64,000 bases of DNA from an uncultured delta proteobacterium (GTDB taxonomy: Bacteria; Desulfobacterota; Binatia; DP-6), in contig CAWFFN010000005.1 in the NCBI GenBank assembly GCA_963815115.1, forward strand, positions 224,001 to 288,000. The letters run 5' to 3'. Position 1 is the stretch's first letter, and each line of letters starts with the position of its first letter. Of this stretch, positions 1 through 9,987 are shown in pieces. The notes beneath the pieces are model-generated. The model was not told the DNA's origin. It saw only the letters and a list, made by a program, of their open reading frames with translations, and did no database searches. Both the position numbers and the translations under genes were made by a program.

Positions 1-647
1 CCGTGTCCTCGTCGCCAGCGGCAACGCCGGGGTCCTGACCCTCCTGGAGCCCTCGGGTGCGGTGGCGGGCTCGGTGGTCGTCGGCGCGGTGCCGGTCGCG
101 TTCGGCACCTTCGCCGGCACCGAAGCGAACGGCTGTCCGGCGCACGGCGCCTCGCTGCGCGAACGCCGACCCCGGGCTCGCGGGCCACTGCGCCCCGCAG
201 GCCGGCTGCGAGTTCAGCCCGCTCGCGGGACTGGACGCGCTGGCGGCGTTGCTCGACGCTCTCGACGAGACGATCCGCAACGCTCCCCCCGAGGCCACCC
301 GGGACCAGGGCGCCGCCGGCGCGATCACGGCAACCATCGCGGACGCCCGTGCGACGCTGCGTGCCGACGGCGCACGCGCGCCGGCGCTCCGGAGCGAGCT
401 GCGGAGCCTCGTCGGCACGGTGCTCCGCGCGCTGCGCACCGGCGGGCTGCGGCGCGATACCGCCTTCCGACTGCTCGATCTGGGCCGCCGCGCGCGCTCG
501 CTGCTGGTGGCGGGCCCGCGCGGCAGCGCACTGGGACCGCGGCCAGGACGGCGCGGCGCGGGTCCTCCGCGTCGGTCCGATGGAAGCGCGTCCTCGGTGA
601 GCGTGCGCCTGGTCGCGCACGATGGCGCTTGCCGCGCTGACGCTTGA
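1..647 (+). CDS. 3' part of a secreted protein: YVTN-type beta-propeller end plus Cys linker and helical C-terminal domain (5' truncated, frameshift near 150)
   Basis: Frame +2 reads RVLVASGNAGVLTLLEPSGAVAGSVVVGAVPVAFGTFAG, like the last blade of a YVTN propeller. Frame +3 continues CAPQAGCEFSPLAGLDALAALLDAL... The true stop is uncertain. Confidence 0.5.
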
Positions 648-1577
648 TCGTGCCCGGGCGGCCCGCGGCCAGCGATGAGCCGGCGCTGGAGGTCCGCCCG
701 CAAGGCGACAAGCACTGGTCGGCGTATGCCAGCCAGCGGGCTCCAGTACGACTCCAACGTCGCGCTCGATCCGAGCGGCCAGCGGCTCCCCGGGAGTCCC
801 GCCAATCCGGCGGACGGCGCCGCAACCTTCGGAGCGGGGGGCCGATACGACTTCGTCGACAGCCCGCGCTGGCAGGCGGCTCTGGAGTACGACTTCTACC
901 AGACGGCCCACTTCCACCTGCACGACTTCAACCTGCGCTCGAACCGGGTGGCCGGCACCGCGGGCTACTCGCTGGTGCCCGACCTCTGGACGGGCGTCCA
1001 GGCCGGCTACCAGCACTACGTCCTCGGCACCGACGCCTACTCGGGGGCGCCGTTCGTGACGCCGTTCGTCTCCCTGGTACAGGGCGACTGGGGTCTCACC
1101 CAGCTCGTGTACGAGCACGCCCAGGTCACCTATCTGAGCCAGCCGTTCGAGAACGAGCGCGACGGTCCGACCGACACGGCGAGTCTCAGCCAGACGCTGT
1201 ACTGGGGATCGCGCTACTTCACGATCGGCTACGAGTTCGGCTCCGAACGTCCGCAGTCGCAGTCCTTCGTGGGCACCGCCTATCGCGAGCGCTACCACCA
1301 GGTCGGGGTCGGCGTCGGCTTCTCGCCGGGCTGGCGCACGACGGTCGACCTCTCCTACCTCTTCCGCTACGAGAACTACCCGGAGCCGAACAGCGCGGTG
1401 GACTTCGGCACGAACCGGCAGGACACCGTCAACCAGTTCTCGGTCCGACTCCGGCGTCCGATCACCGCGTACCTCAGCGCCGGATTGGCGTACTATGGCA
1501 CCTTCGACGACTCGAACATCGCGATCTACCAGTACCGCCGCAACATCGTGTCGGCAGAGGTACGCCTTGCCTTCTGA
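622..1577 (+). CDS. Outer-membrane beta-barrel protein (DUF560/Slam-like), two apparent +1 indels near 646 and 734
   Basis: GLQYDSNV motif, alternating aromatic beta-strands and a C-terminal Phe (VRLAF). A signal-like N-terminus MALAALTL/IVPGRPAAS lies in neighbouring frames. Confidence 0.7.
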
Positions 1578-2400
1578 TCCCGCGCGCAGCGCACCCCGGT
1601 CTCGGCGAGCGACGATCCTGGCCGCGCTCGCTCTCATCGCGGCCGCCGCGACGACCGTGCGGTCACAGGAGCGTGTCGGGTCGGTCGCCGGGCTCGAGGG
1701 GCAGGCCGAGGTGCTGCATTCCGGCGCGAGCGACTGGAGCCCGCTGGCCGTGGGCGATCCGGTCCTCCTCGGCGACCAGCTGCGCACGCGGCCCGACTCG
1801 AAGGTCCAGGTCACGCTGCGCGAGGACTCGGTCCTCACCCTGGCGCCCGGCTCGCAGCTGGCGATCACGGAGCAGCTCGTCGCGCCCGCCGCCGTGTCGC
1901 GCTTCCAGCTGCTCCTCGGCACCATCAAGGCCGCCGTCACCGAGCGCTACTCGGAGCCGAACGCGCGCTTCGAGGTCGAGACCCCGACGGCGATCGCGGG
2001 GGTGCGCGGCACGAGCTTCCTCGCCTCCTACGACCCTGCGCAGCAGGAGACCCTCGTCGTCGGCCTCACCAGCCTGACCCGCGTTCGCGCGCTCGTGGAC
2101 ACGCGAGGTGCCGCAGAGGTCGATCTCGGCCCCGGCATCGCCACCCGGGTGCGCCGCGGAGCCCGTCCGCTCGCGCCTGCCCCGCTCCCGGAGGATCAGC
2201 TCCGGTCGCTCCAGAGAGCGACCGAGCTCGGAGGCCCCGCTGCGGGCGGGGGCGCGAACCGACTCGACGCGCGCCGTCCGCAGCGCCCGGGCGAGCGTGC
2301 GATGTCCACGGAGGAGCAGGCGGTGGATCAGCCGCTGTTCGTCCCCGGAGGCTCGAAGCCGCCCCCGCCACCTCCGCCCGTCCCGAGGGGCGGGCGCTGA
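1567..2400 (+). CDS. FecR-domain periplasmic protein
   Basis: Signal peptide, then LGDQLRTRPDSKVQV..DSVLTLAPGSQL and FEVETPTAIAGVRGTSF, the FecR signature. Pro-rich tail. Start (TTG) approximate. Confidence 0.85.
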   Translation: MPSDPARSAPRSRRATILAALALIAAAATTVRSQERVGSVAGLEGQAEVLHSGASDWSPLAVGDPVLLGDQLRTRPDSKVQVTLREDSVLTLAPGSQLAITEQLVAPAAVSRFQLLLGTIKAAVTERYSEPNARFEVETPTAIAGVRGTSFLASYDPAQQETLVVGLTSLTRVRALVDTRGAAEVDLGPGIATRVRRGARPLAPAPLPEDQLRSLQRATELGGPAAGGGANRLDARRPQRPGERAMSTEEQAVDQPLFVPGGSKPPPPPPPVPRGGR

Positions 2401-2418
2401 CGCCGGCGCGAGCGTCGT

Positions 2419-4431
2419 GTGCGCGCACCCAGGCTCGGGGTCACTGCGGTCTGCACCGCGATCGCGATCGCGGTCGCGGCCGTCCGGCTGCTGGCGCCCG
2501 TGCCGCTCGAGGTCCTCGATCGCAAGTTTCTCGACTTCCGCCACCTGATCCGCGGGCGCGTCACCGCGAGCGACCGCGTCGTGATCGTCGCCATCGACGA
2601 GCCCAGCCTCGCGCGATTCGGCCGCTGGCCCTGGCCGCGGGCGCGGCTGGCAGAGCTGATCGACCGGCTGGACGCCGCCGGGGTCGCGGCCATCGGCCTC
2701 GACGTGGTCCTCGATCAGCCGGTCACGGCGATCGATCGGCGAGACCTGGAGGCCGCGCTCGATGCGGATCCGCAGCGGCCGGCCGCGGCGCTCCGCGACG
2801 TGGTGCGAGCCGAGCTCGACGACGACGTGCGGCTCGCGGCCGCCCTGCAACGCAGCGGACGCGTGGTGCTGGCGCATTTCTACGAGTTCGGCGGCGCAGC
2901 GACGCCCGAGCTGACCCGGGCGACCGCAGGGCTGCCCGAGCTGACCGTGCTCGCGGTCGCCGGGACGAGACTCGCCGGCGTTCCGGGACCTCCCGAGGCG
3001 ACCCGCGCGCGTCTGCCGGTCGCGCCGCTCGTGGCGGCGGCGGCGGGCACCGGTCACATCAACTTCGCCCCCGATCCGGACGGGATCTACCGCCGCCTGC
3101 CGATCGCCGTTCGCGTCGGCGACCGGCTGATCCCGTCGCTCGCCCTCGAGCTGCTCCGCGTCTCGGACAGCGCCGCCGCCAGCGTCACCGTGGCGCCGGA
3201 AGGCATCCGGACGGCGCGGGCGGGGCCGCTCGAGTTGCCCGTGGACGGTGCGGGGCAGCTCTGGCTCGACTTTCTCGGTCCGCCGCGAACGGTCACGACG
3301 GTCGGCGCGGGCGAGGTGCTCACCGGCCAGGTGCCCGCCGGCCAGCTCGCCGGCCGCATCGCGCTGATCGGCTTCACGGCGGCGGGCTTCGACGAGGTGT
3401 CGACGCCCTTTGCCGCCGTCGTGCCCGGCGTCGAGCTCCAGGCGACCGTCCTCGACAACGTGCTCCTCGGAAGGTCACTGCGCCATCCGTGGTGGCTCGT
3501 GCCTGCCGAGGCGCTGGTGATCCTCATGATCGGCCTGGTGGTCGGGCCCGCGCTCCGCTGGCTGCGCGGCGGCTGGGGAACCGCGGCCGCGCTGCTGCTC
3601 GCGCTGGTCTACTTCGCGGTCACGCAGGTGCTCTTCACGCGCGCGGGGCTCGCGCTCGGCGGTCTCTACCCGCTCGTCGCGCTGGTCCTCTGCATGGCGG
3701 GCGGCGCGGCCTACCTCTCGGTCGTGGAGGAGGGGGAGAAGCGGAAGATCCGCGCCGCGTTCCGGCAGTACGTGAACCCCGAGATCGCCGATCTCATCGC
3801 GAGCGTCCCATCGCACCTGCGTCTCGGCGGCGAGCGGCGGCCCATCAGCGTGCTGTTCTCGGACATCCGGGGATTCTCGAGCATCGCCGAGCATCTGCCG
3901 CCCGAGACGCTCGGCGAGATGCTCGGCGAGTACCTCGAGGCGATGACCGACGTCGTGTTCGCGCACGGCGGCCTCCTCGACAAGTACATCGGCGACGCCG
4001 TCATGGCGTTCTGGGGCGCGCCGGCACCGGCCGAGGACCACGCCGCCCGCTGCTGCCGGGCGGCACTCGACATGATGGCCGCGCTCGAGCGCCTGAACCA
4101 GCGCTGGGCCGATGCGGGGCTGCCGCGTCTCGGGATCCGCATCGGCATCAGCTCGGGAGACGCCATCGTCGGCAACTTCGGCTCCTCCCGCCGCTTCAGC
4201 TACACGGCGGTAGGCGACACGGTAAACCTGGGCTCTCGTCTCGAGCGGCTGAACGAGGAATTCGGGACCGACGTGCTGATCTCCGACGACACCCATGCCG
4301 AGATCGGCGAGGAGTTCGTCTGCCGCGAGGTCGGTCGCACGGCCGTCAAGGGGAGAACCCAGTTGACCACCGTCTACGAGCTGGTCGGACGGCGCTGCGA
4401 TGCGCCCGCGGCCGGCTCGGGATCCGGCTAG
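2419..4431 (+). CDS. CHASE2-domain adenylate cyclase (class III)
   Basis: VVIVAIDEPSLARFGRWPWPR (CHASE2), three TM helices, then VLFSDIRGFS, LDKYIGDAVMAFWGAP and YTAVGDTVNLGSRLE. Confidence 0.95.
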   Translation: MRAPRLGVTAVCTAIAIAVAAVRLLAPVPLEVLDRKFLDFRHLIRGRVTASDRVVIVAIDEPSLARFGRWPWPRARLAELIDRLDAAGVAAIGLDVVLDQPVTAIDRRDLEAALDADPQRPAAALRDVVRAELDDDVRLAAALQRSGRVVLAHFYEFGGAATPELTRATAGLPELTVLAVAGTRLAGVPGPPEATRARLPVAPLVAAAAGTGHINFAPDPDGIYRRLPIAVRVGDRLIPSLALELLRVSDSAAASVTVAPEGIRTARAGPLELPVDGAGQLWLDFLGPPRTVTTVGAGEVLTGQVPAGQLAGRIALIGFTAAGFDEVSTPFAAVVPGVELQATVLDNVLLGRSLRHPWWLVPAEALVILMIGLVVGPALRWLRGGWGTAAALLLALVYFAVTQVLFTRAGLALGGLYPLVALVLCMAGGAAYLSVVEEGEKRKIRAAFRQYVNPEIADLIASVPSHLRLGGERRPISVLFSDIRGFSSIAEHLPPETLGEMLGEYLEAMTDVVFAHGGLLDKYIGDAVMAFWGAPAPAEDHAARCCRAALDMMAALERLNQRWADAGLPRLGIRIGISSGDAIVGNFGSSRRFSYTAVGDTVNLGSRLERLNEEFGTDVLISDDTHAEIGEEFVCREVGRTAVKGRTQLTTVYELVGRRCDAPAAGSGSG

Positions 4432-6713
4432 CGGGACCGCACCGAGGGCACGGCGCAGCGCACCTGCAGCCGGAGCGTCTTCAGGTCGTCTCCGATCGTG
4501 CGGGCGTCGTTCGCCAGTGCCGAGACCTCGGCCGCCACGCTTCCGCGACGGGAGCGCGGCGCGAGCAGGGCTCGGGCGATCGTCACCAGGCGGCGCGCAC
4601 GGCGCAGGCGCGCGCGCGCCGGACGGACGCTCCCGTCGGCGCAGGCGGTATCGGCATCGCGCGTGACGGCGGTCGCGCGGTCGAGCTGCTTCAGGATGCG
4701 CGGCCCGGGACGCCCCAGGTCCGTGGCCGCCCGGGCCGCGGCGCCGAGCGCGTCGAGGCGGCACTCGAGCGAGGTGAAGCTCGCGCCGGAGGGGCAGCCG
4801 CCATCGACCGGCGGCACCGTCGTGGTGGTGACGCCGCCCCCGGGCGCCGTCGTCGTCGGCTGCCCCGCCGCGGTGGTGGTCGTCACCGTCGCGGTCGTCG
4901 TCGTACGCGGTGGGCGCGTGGTCGTCGAGGTCGTGGTCGTCACGGTGGCGCCCACCGGGGCAGTGCACGGCGAGAACTCCGAGGTGTCGCCGTCGCGCGT
5001 GGTGGCGGTCGCGGTCAGGATGCGCCCCGCGGGCAGCGGATCCACCGGCGACAGCGAGAAGGTCGCGTGGCCCGCCGCGTCGGTGGTGACCATGACGGAG
5101 CCGAGTGACGTCTCGCCCTGCCCGTTGCCGTCCGGGCAGTCCGCGTTCGAGAACACCTCGATCGTGACCTGCGTCCCGGCGGTGGTGCCCAGCGTGCCCG
5201 CCACGGAGATCGCGCCGACCACGAGCAGCGGCGTGAGGTCGGGAGAGTTCTGCAGCCCGTTCGGGCCGCCGTCCGCGTCGTGCGGGTCGTTCGGCGTGAA
5301 GCCGTCGGCGCCGAGGTCGATGCCGCGTCCGGTGTTGTCGCGGATCCGGTTGCCCGTGATCGCGTTCCCCGTCCCCGATCTGACCGCCACGCCGCTCTGC
5401 ACGTTGGACGCGATGAGATTGGAGGTGCCGCCGCCGATCGTGTTGTCGCTGCCCGCGACCTGCACGCCGTTCAGCCCGTTGGGAATCGCGATCGTACCGT
5501 CCCGGGAGGTTCCGATCACGTTGCCCTGCACGAACTGGTTGCTCGACTGGCTCACGTTGACGCCATTGCCGGTGTTCCCGGAGACCACGTTGCCGCCGCC
5601 GCTGGTGCCGACGTGGTTCGCGGCCGTGCAGTTCAGGACCCGGATGCCGCTGGCGTTGGGCAGCGCGGCGGTGCCTGCGGCGGTCGTCCCCACCAGGTTG
5701 CCGAAGATCTTGTTGCCGCCCTCGTCCACGTTCTGCACGTCGATGCCGACGCCCGTGTTCCCGGAGACGACGTTGCCGGAGTTGCTCGACGTGCCGCCGA
5801 CGGTGTTCCGGTTGGCCTCGGCGATGACGATACCAGCGCCGTTCTGAACTGCGACGCTGCCGGTGGCGTCGGTGCCGATGTAGTTGCCCAGCACCTTGTT
5901 CGACTGGGTCTCCTTGTCTCGCAGGCTGATGCCGATGACGTTGCCGGAGATGACGTTGCGTCCGGTCGGGCTGGTGAGACCGACGGACGTGCCCGTCGCA
6001 CCGAGCGCGATGCGTACGCCGGCCTTGCTGTTCCCGATGGGCGAGCCGTTGGTGCCGAGCCCGATCACGTTGCCCTCGACGACATTGCCTACCGAGGCGG
6101 CGCCCTCGACGGCGACGCCGTTGCCGTTCCCCGAGATCACGTTGCCCGCTCCGGTCGTGGTGCCGCCGATGGTGTTGGCGGGCGAGCCGTTCACCCAGAT
6201 GCCGCGGAGCATGTCGGGCCCGACCTTCACCGTGCCCGTCGCGTCCAGTCCGACGATGCAGCCCGTCACGGTGCTGCCGCCCAGGGGCGAGGCGCCACCG
6301 CCACCGGCGAGCTGTATCCCGTAGGTGACGAAGCCGTTGACGACGAGCCCGCGCACGGTGCTCGCGCCGCCGCCCACCAGGAGCCCGCCGTCGAGCGTCC
6401 CGCCGCCGCTGATCACGACCGCGCCCCCGGTCTGCATGCTGCCGTCGATGACGACCGGGCTGGTGATCTCGGGCAGCAGGCTGGTCAGCGAGATCGTCGG
6501 GATGCCCGTCCCATCGATCGTGAAGTCGATGGTGTCCGGCCCCGGATGCGCCGTTTCGTCGTTCGCCTGCGTGATGGCGTCGCGCAGCGTCCCCGCGCGG
6601 CCGTCGTCGGCGGCGCTCGTGACGGTGAAGGTCGCGGCCCGGGCCGGCGCGCACACGCCCGCCGCGGCGGCGACGACGAAGGAGAAAGCTAGGAGGCGAG
6701 GGTGCACACGCAA
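4428..6713 (-). CDS. Secreted right-handed beta-helix repeat protein with Thr-rich linker and helical C-terminal domain
   Basis: Signal peptide ending APARA, then ATFTVTSAADDG..GTLRDAITQAN, many GNVISGN/GNxIG repeats, DADGGPNGLQNSP and GDTSEFS motifs. Start approximate (ORF extends to 6827). Confidence 0.85.
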   Translation of the reverse strand: MRVHPRLLAFSFVVAAAAGVCAPARAATFTVTSAADDGRAGTLRDAITQANDETAHPGPDTIDFTIDGTGIPTISLTSLLPEITSPVVIDGSMQTGGAVVISGGGTLDGGLLVGGGASTVRGLVVNGFVTYGIQLAGGGGASPLGGSTVTGCIVGLDATGTVKVGPDMLRGIWVNGSPANTIGGTTTGAGNVISGNGNGVAVEGAASVGNVVEGNVIGLGTNGSPIGNSKAGVRIALGATGTSVGLTSPTGRNVISGNVIGISLRDKETQSNKVLGNYIGTDATGSVAVQNGAGIVIAEANRNTVGGTSSNSGNVVSGNTGVGIDVQNVDEGGNKIFGNLVGTTAAGTAALPNASGIRVLNCTAANHVGTSGGGNVVSGNTGNGVNVSQSSNQFVQGNVIGTSRDGTIAIPNGLNGVQVAGSDNTIGGGTSNLIASNVQSGVAVRSGTGNAITGNRIRDNTGRGIDLGADGFTPNDPHDADGGPNGLQNSPDLTPLLVVGAISVAGTLGTTAGTQVTIEVFSNADCPDGNGQGETSLGSVMVTTDAAGHATFSLSPVDPLPAGRILTATATTRDGDTSEFSPCTAPVGATVTTTTSTTTRPPRTTTTATVTTTTAAGQPTTTAPGGGVTTTTVPPVDGGCPSGASFTSLECRLDALGAAARAATDLGRPGPRILKQLDRATAVTRDADTACADGSVRPARARLRRARRLVTIARALLAPRSRRGSVAAEVSALANDARTIGDDLKTLRLQVRCAVPSVRSR

Positions 6714-6902
6714 TCCGCGGGACCGGGCGGTCGACCTGTCGAACGTACGGGCGGTCCTCGCCGCGCGCAAGGTGGACCAAGGGGCAGATCGCCGTTGCGC
6801 GACTGCACGCAGCGGGTGGGGATGCACGACGGGCGAGGCCTTGGCGCGGCTCCGGCCGGATGGCTACCAAGTGCGAGGTTCGGCGAGGAGAGGAGATACG
6901 CA

Positions 6903-7022
6903 TAGCAATGAAGACGGGCTGCCCTGCGCTGCGATACGGTTCGCGGCGGAAATGCGGATGCCGTGCGGATGAGACGGCGCCAGCCTCGCCGCGCGAGCCA
7001 GAGCGTCCACGGAGGGCGGTCC
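6903..7022 (+). repeat. Structured non-coding element, copy A (homologous to 8966-9062); probable IS110 left-end/bridge-RNA-like remnant
   Basis: 42/47 nt identical to 8966-9012, shared GAGACGGCGCC block, conserved hairpin and closing stem. Confidence 0.6.
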
Positions 7023-7090
7023 GTCACGGCGTCCCCGGCTACGTCCCGCTGCGGCAGGGTGTCGACGAACGAGGGCCGGCCCGACGGCCC

Positions 7091-7132
7091 AAAAGGGAAG
7101 CCCCCGGGTCCCGCTCGGGACCCGGGGGCTTC
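7091..7132 (-). terminator. Rho-independent terminator of the 7158-8813 gene
   Basis: Perfect 16-bp stem GAAGCCCCCGGGTCCC-gctc-GGGACCCGGGGGCTTC, followed on the minus strand by CCTTTT, 25 nt after the stop. Confidence 0.8.
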
Positions 7133-7157
7133 TGGTCGAATCTGGACCTAGCAGACG

Positions 7158-8813
7158 CTAGTTGTGCGCGAGGAACGTACCCGGGAGGGATACGGCGCCC
7201 GGGCCAGGCAGGTCGGCAGCGAAGTTCACCAACCCGTTGGCGGTCGACGCGATACAGAAGACGGATGCCAGCGTCGCCGTCGCCGGTACACCCGGGGTGA
7301 CAGAGCTGGCCGGGGCGCCGTTCTCGATGATGGTCTGACAGGTCGGCTGGCCGAAGCACCCATTCGTGCCGGGGCTTCCCCCTGGCCGGGGCAGAACGTG
7401 CCGGTGGCATTGTTCGCGTTGGCAATGCCCGTGGTGAGTGGCGAGAGATCGACCGCGATCGGGCCGACGATCGTGCCGTCGACGCAGCCGTCGTGCCCGG
7501 GGACGCCGGCCTGGCAGTCCTTCGGAGAGGGGCCGACGCCGCCGGTCAGGCAGTCACGCGTGTACCCGGTGGAGCTGACGGTCGTGCAAGCCATCGTGGC
7601 CCGCGGGCCGCGGTCGCAGAAGCCCGTCTTCGGGCTGGCCGGGGTGCCGCTGAGGATCGCGCCGGTACCGCCGGCGCCGGCGCGGCACGCGGGGCAGGGC
7701 TGCGCCAGGTTGCCCGTGAGGTACGTGGTGGAGGTGAGCGAGATGTTCGTGCTCGAGGTGCCGGTGGACAGGTCGACCGTGCCGCTCGAATCAGCGGCGA
7801 AGGTGTTCAGCACGCAGGTGGTCAGGTTGGGCAGGGACGCGTTCGGGATCGGCAGCGGCGTGCCGAAGTTGCAGCCCGTGCTGCTGCAGTCGGGGAGCGC
7901 GCTGTTCACGGGAGGCGTGGTGTGCGACGCGGTAATCGCGCAGCTCGTTCCCGTGCAGCTCAGCCCGAAGCGGCTCTGCGAGCCGTCGGGCGTCGGTCCC
8001 TCTCCCACGGTCGAGGCGCCGCCCCCGATGTTGAGACCACCGCAATGTGAGGGTCTTGATCACAGTGTTGGACCCGTCCCGCGCCGAACCGCAGGTGCCA
8101 CCCGGGAGGCCGTTGGCGAAGTCGAGGATGGTCGGGGGCGGCGGCGGGGTCGTCAGGTTGAAGATGTCGAGCGCGAAGGCGTCGACCTTGGCCTCCATGG
8201 CCGCGACGTCGATGGGGGTCAGGCAGTCGTTCGGGACCTTCGCATAGAGCTTCGCGAAGCAGCCCTTCGTCGGGTCGGCGCCGCCGTCGAACTTGTCCGT
8301 TGCCTTCTGGAGGCAGGCGGGGTCGACCGGGAGGTTCTTGCCGGCCGCCTTGTTGTAGCAGCCGAGCACCGCCTTCACCTTGTTGGCGACGCACTTCTTC
8401 TTGCCCGCCGAGCACTTGCTCAGCACGGGCGCCGGGTAGCCGGGATCGAGCTCTTGCACCACGTCGAGCACGAAGGCGTCCGACTTGTTCTCGAGGAGCG
8501 CGATGAATCCGCTACCACTGTTCGGGCAGGGCGACTTCACCAGGTCCTTCTCGGCCTTGTCCATGCAGCCCTTGGCCGGGAGCGTGAACTTCTGCTCGGC
8601 CTTCGTGATGCACTCGGGATCTACCGCCACGTTCTTCCCCTCGGCCTTGTTGTGACAGCCGAGGAAGGCGGTGGCCTTGCCGCTGACGCACTTGATCTGC
8701 GCCGCGCTACACTTGAACGTGGTCGGTGGCCCGGCCGCCTGTGCGCCGATCGCGCCGAGCAGGAGCGCCGCCGCCGACAGCGTGGCCGCCCCGTACATCG
8801 CGACTCGCTTCAT
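7158..8813 (-). CDS. Secreted Cys-rich protein (two KC..K..CV..K repeats, poly-Pro linker, Cys/Gly-rich beta domain); two apparent indels near 8045 and 7380
   Basis: Signal peptide MKRVAMYGAATLSAAALLLGAIGAQA. The frame is restored by removing one base (KTLT-CGGLNIGGG) and adding one G in a G-run (PGQGGSPGTNGCFG), ending LPGPGAVSLPGTFLAHN-stop. Confidence 0.75.
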
Positions 8814-8965
8814 ACCTTGACCCCCCCTCTTTTTTTTGGCTTGGTGAATCGACGTCTACTGCCGTGAGGTGTAAACTCGACCCGCGTTCGGCGTCAAGCA
8901 GCTGTTTCGACATTTTGCATCCGCCTAAGACATGGCGGTTCGATGAATAGGTCGGCAGATAGCCG

Positions 8966-9092
8966 TAGCAATGAAGACGGCCTGCCCTCCGCCGCGATGC
9001 GGTTCGCGGTGGCCCACGGGGGTCAGCCGAGACGGCGCCCCAAACTGCAGGAGGGCAGCCCGATGGAATGCTACGTGGGATTGGACGTGCAC
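8966..9092 (+). mobile_element. IS110-family remnant: non-coding left end plus first ~10 codons of the transposase
   Basis: GGAGG RBS, then ATG at 9063 giving MECYVGLDVH, the canonical N-terminal xxVGLDxH motif of IS110 DEDD transposases. The remainder is absent. Confidence 0.65.
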
Positions 9093-9146
9093 ATCTCCTA
9101 CCGGACGCCCGAGCCGCGCTCGTTCGTGCTCTCGCAGGCGTCACCG

Positions 9147-9503
9147 TCACTGCCGGCACACGATGTCGTTCGCCAGCACGGTCGACAGGACGGCGGCGAC
9201 GACGACGAGCGGCGCGCGCAACGTACCCGGTCCGAGATTCGCCACCGCCACCCACCGCGTCACGTGGTCGTAGAAGCCCCTCACCCGGAGCTGCACCGAG
9301 ACGACCATCAGGCCGAACAGGAGGAAGAGCGTGGCCGCGTCGATGGACTGCCATGCCTGCTGCGGAGACTCGAGCTCGGTGGCGACCAGCACGATGGCCT
9401 CGAGGAGCGCGGCCTCATCCGGTCCAGCGCCAGGCCCCGGAATCCCTCCCAGCAGCGTGGCCAGGTAGACCAGCGCGAAGGCGGCGAGGACGGGCGTCGT
9501 CAC
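9147..9503 (-). pseudogene. Truncated ArsB/NhaD/CitMHS (YbiR-like) anion transporter
   Basis: AWQSIDAATLFLLFGLMVVS...VLANDIVC is the N-terminal quarter of this family and stops after 118 aa. Confidence 0.75.
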
Positions 9504-9987
9504 GACGGGGCACGCTCGGCAGCGAGTCGTCGCAGGACGGGACCGAGACCGGCGAGCAGCCGCTCGTGGAGCGCGGGCGCGGACTGCTCCAGGTCTGCCG
9601 AGACCTCCGCCTGGACGGCGGCATAGGCGCGCTCACGCCCCTGCGTGACGAGCGACTCGAGCTTCCGATCGCGCAGCAGCACGCGCAAGGCCGCCGCCGG
9701 CAGCGGGACGGTCTTCGTCCACTCGCCGACCGAGGCACGGCTCAGGTCGAACAGGCCCGCGGTGACCGCGAAGGCGCCGAGGGCGCCGATCAGGAAGCCG
9801 ATCGGGCCCGTCGTGTGCAGCAGCGTCGAGACGATCGCGAGGCCGAGCGTATGACCGATGCCGCCGCTGACGGTGCCGGCTGCGAGCGCGACGGCGGTCG
9901 ACACCGTCACGGTGATGGCCTCCGTGAGCTCGTCGCTCAGCACGCCCCCGGGATTGCCCGAGCCGGCGACCGGCAGGGTGCCGAGGG
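9482..9987. repeat. ~506-bp imperfect direct repeat, copy 1 (duplicated 3' end of the 11703-13568 gene)
   Basis: Colinear with 11685-12190 at offset 2203; about 7 substitutions counted by eye. Confidence 0.95.

Noticed and set aside
6903-7022. Repeated element as a c-di-GMP or other known riboswitch
   Set aside because: I could not find the consensus motifs on either strand, and the IS110 start next to copy B explains it better. An Rfam scan is still needed.
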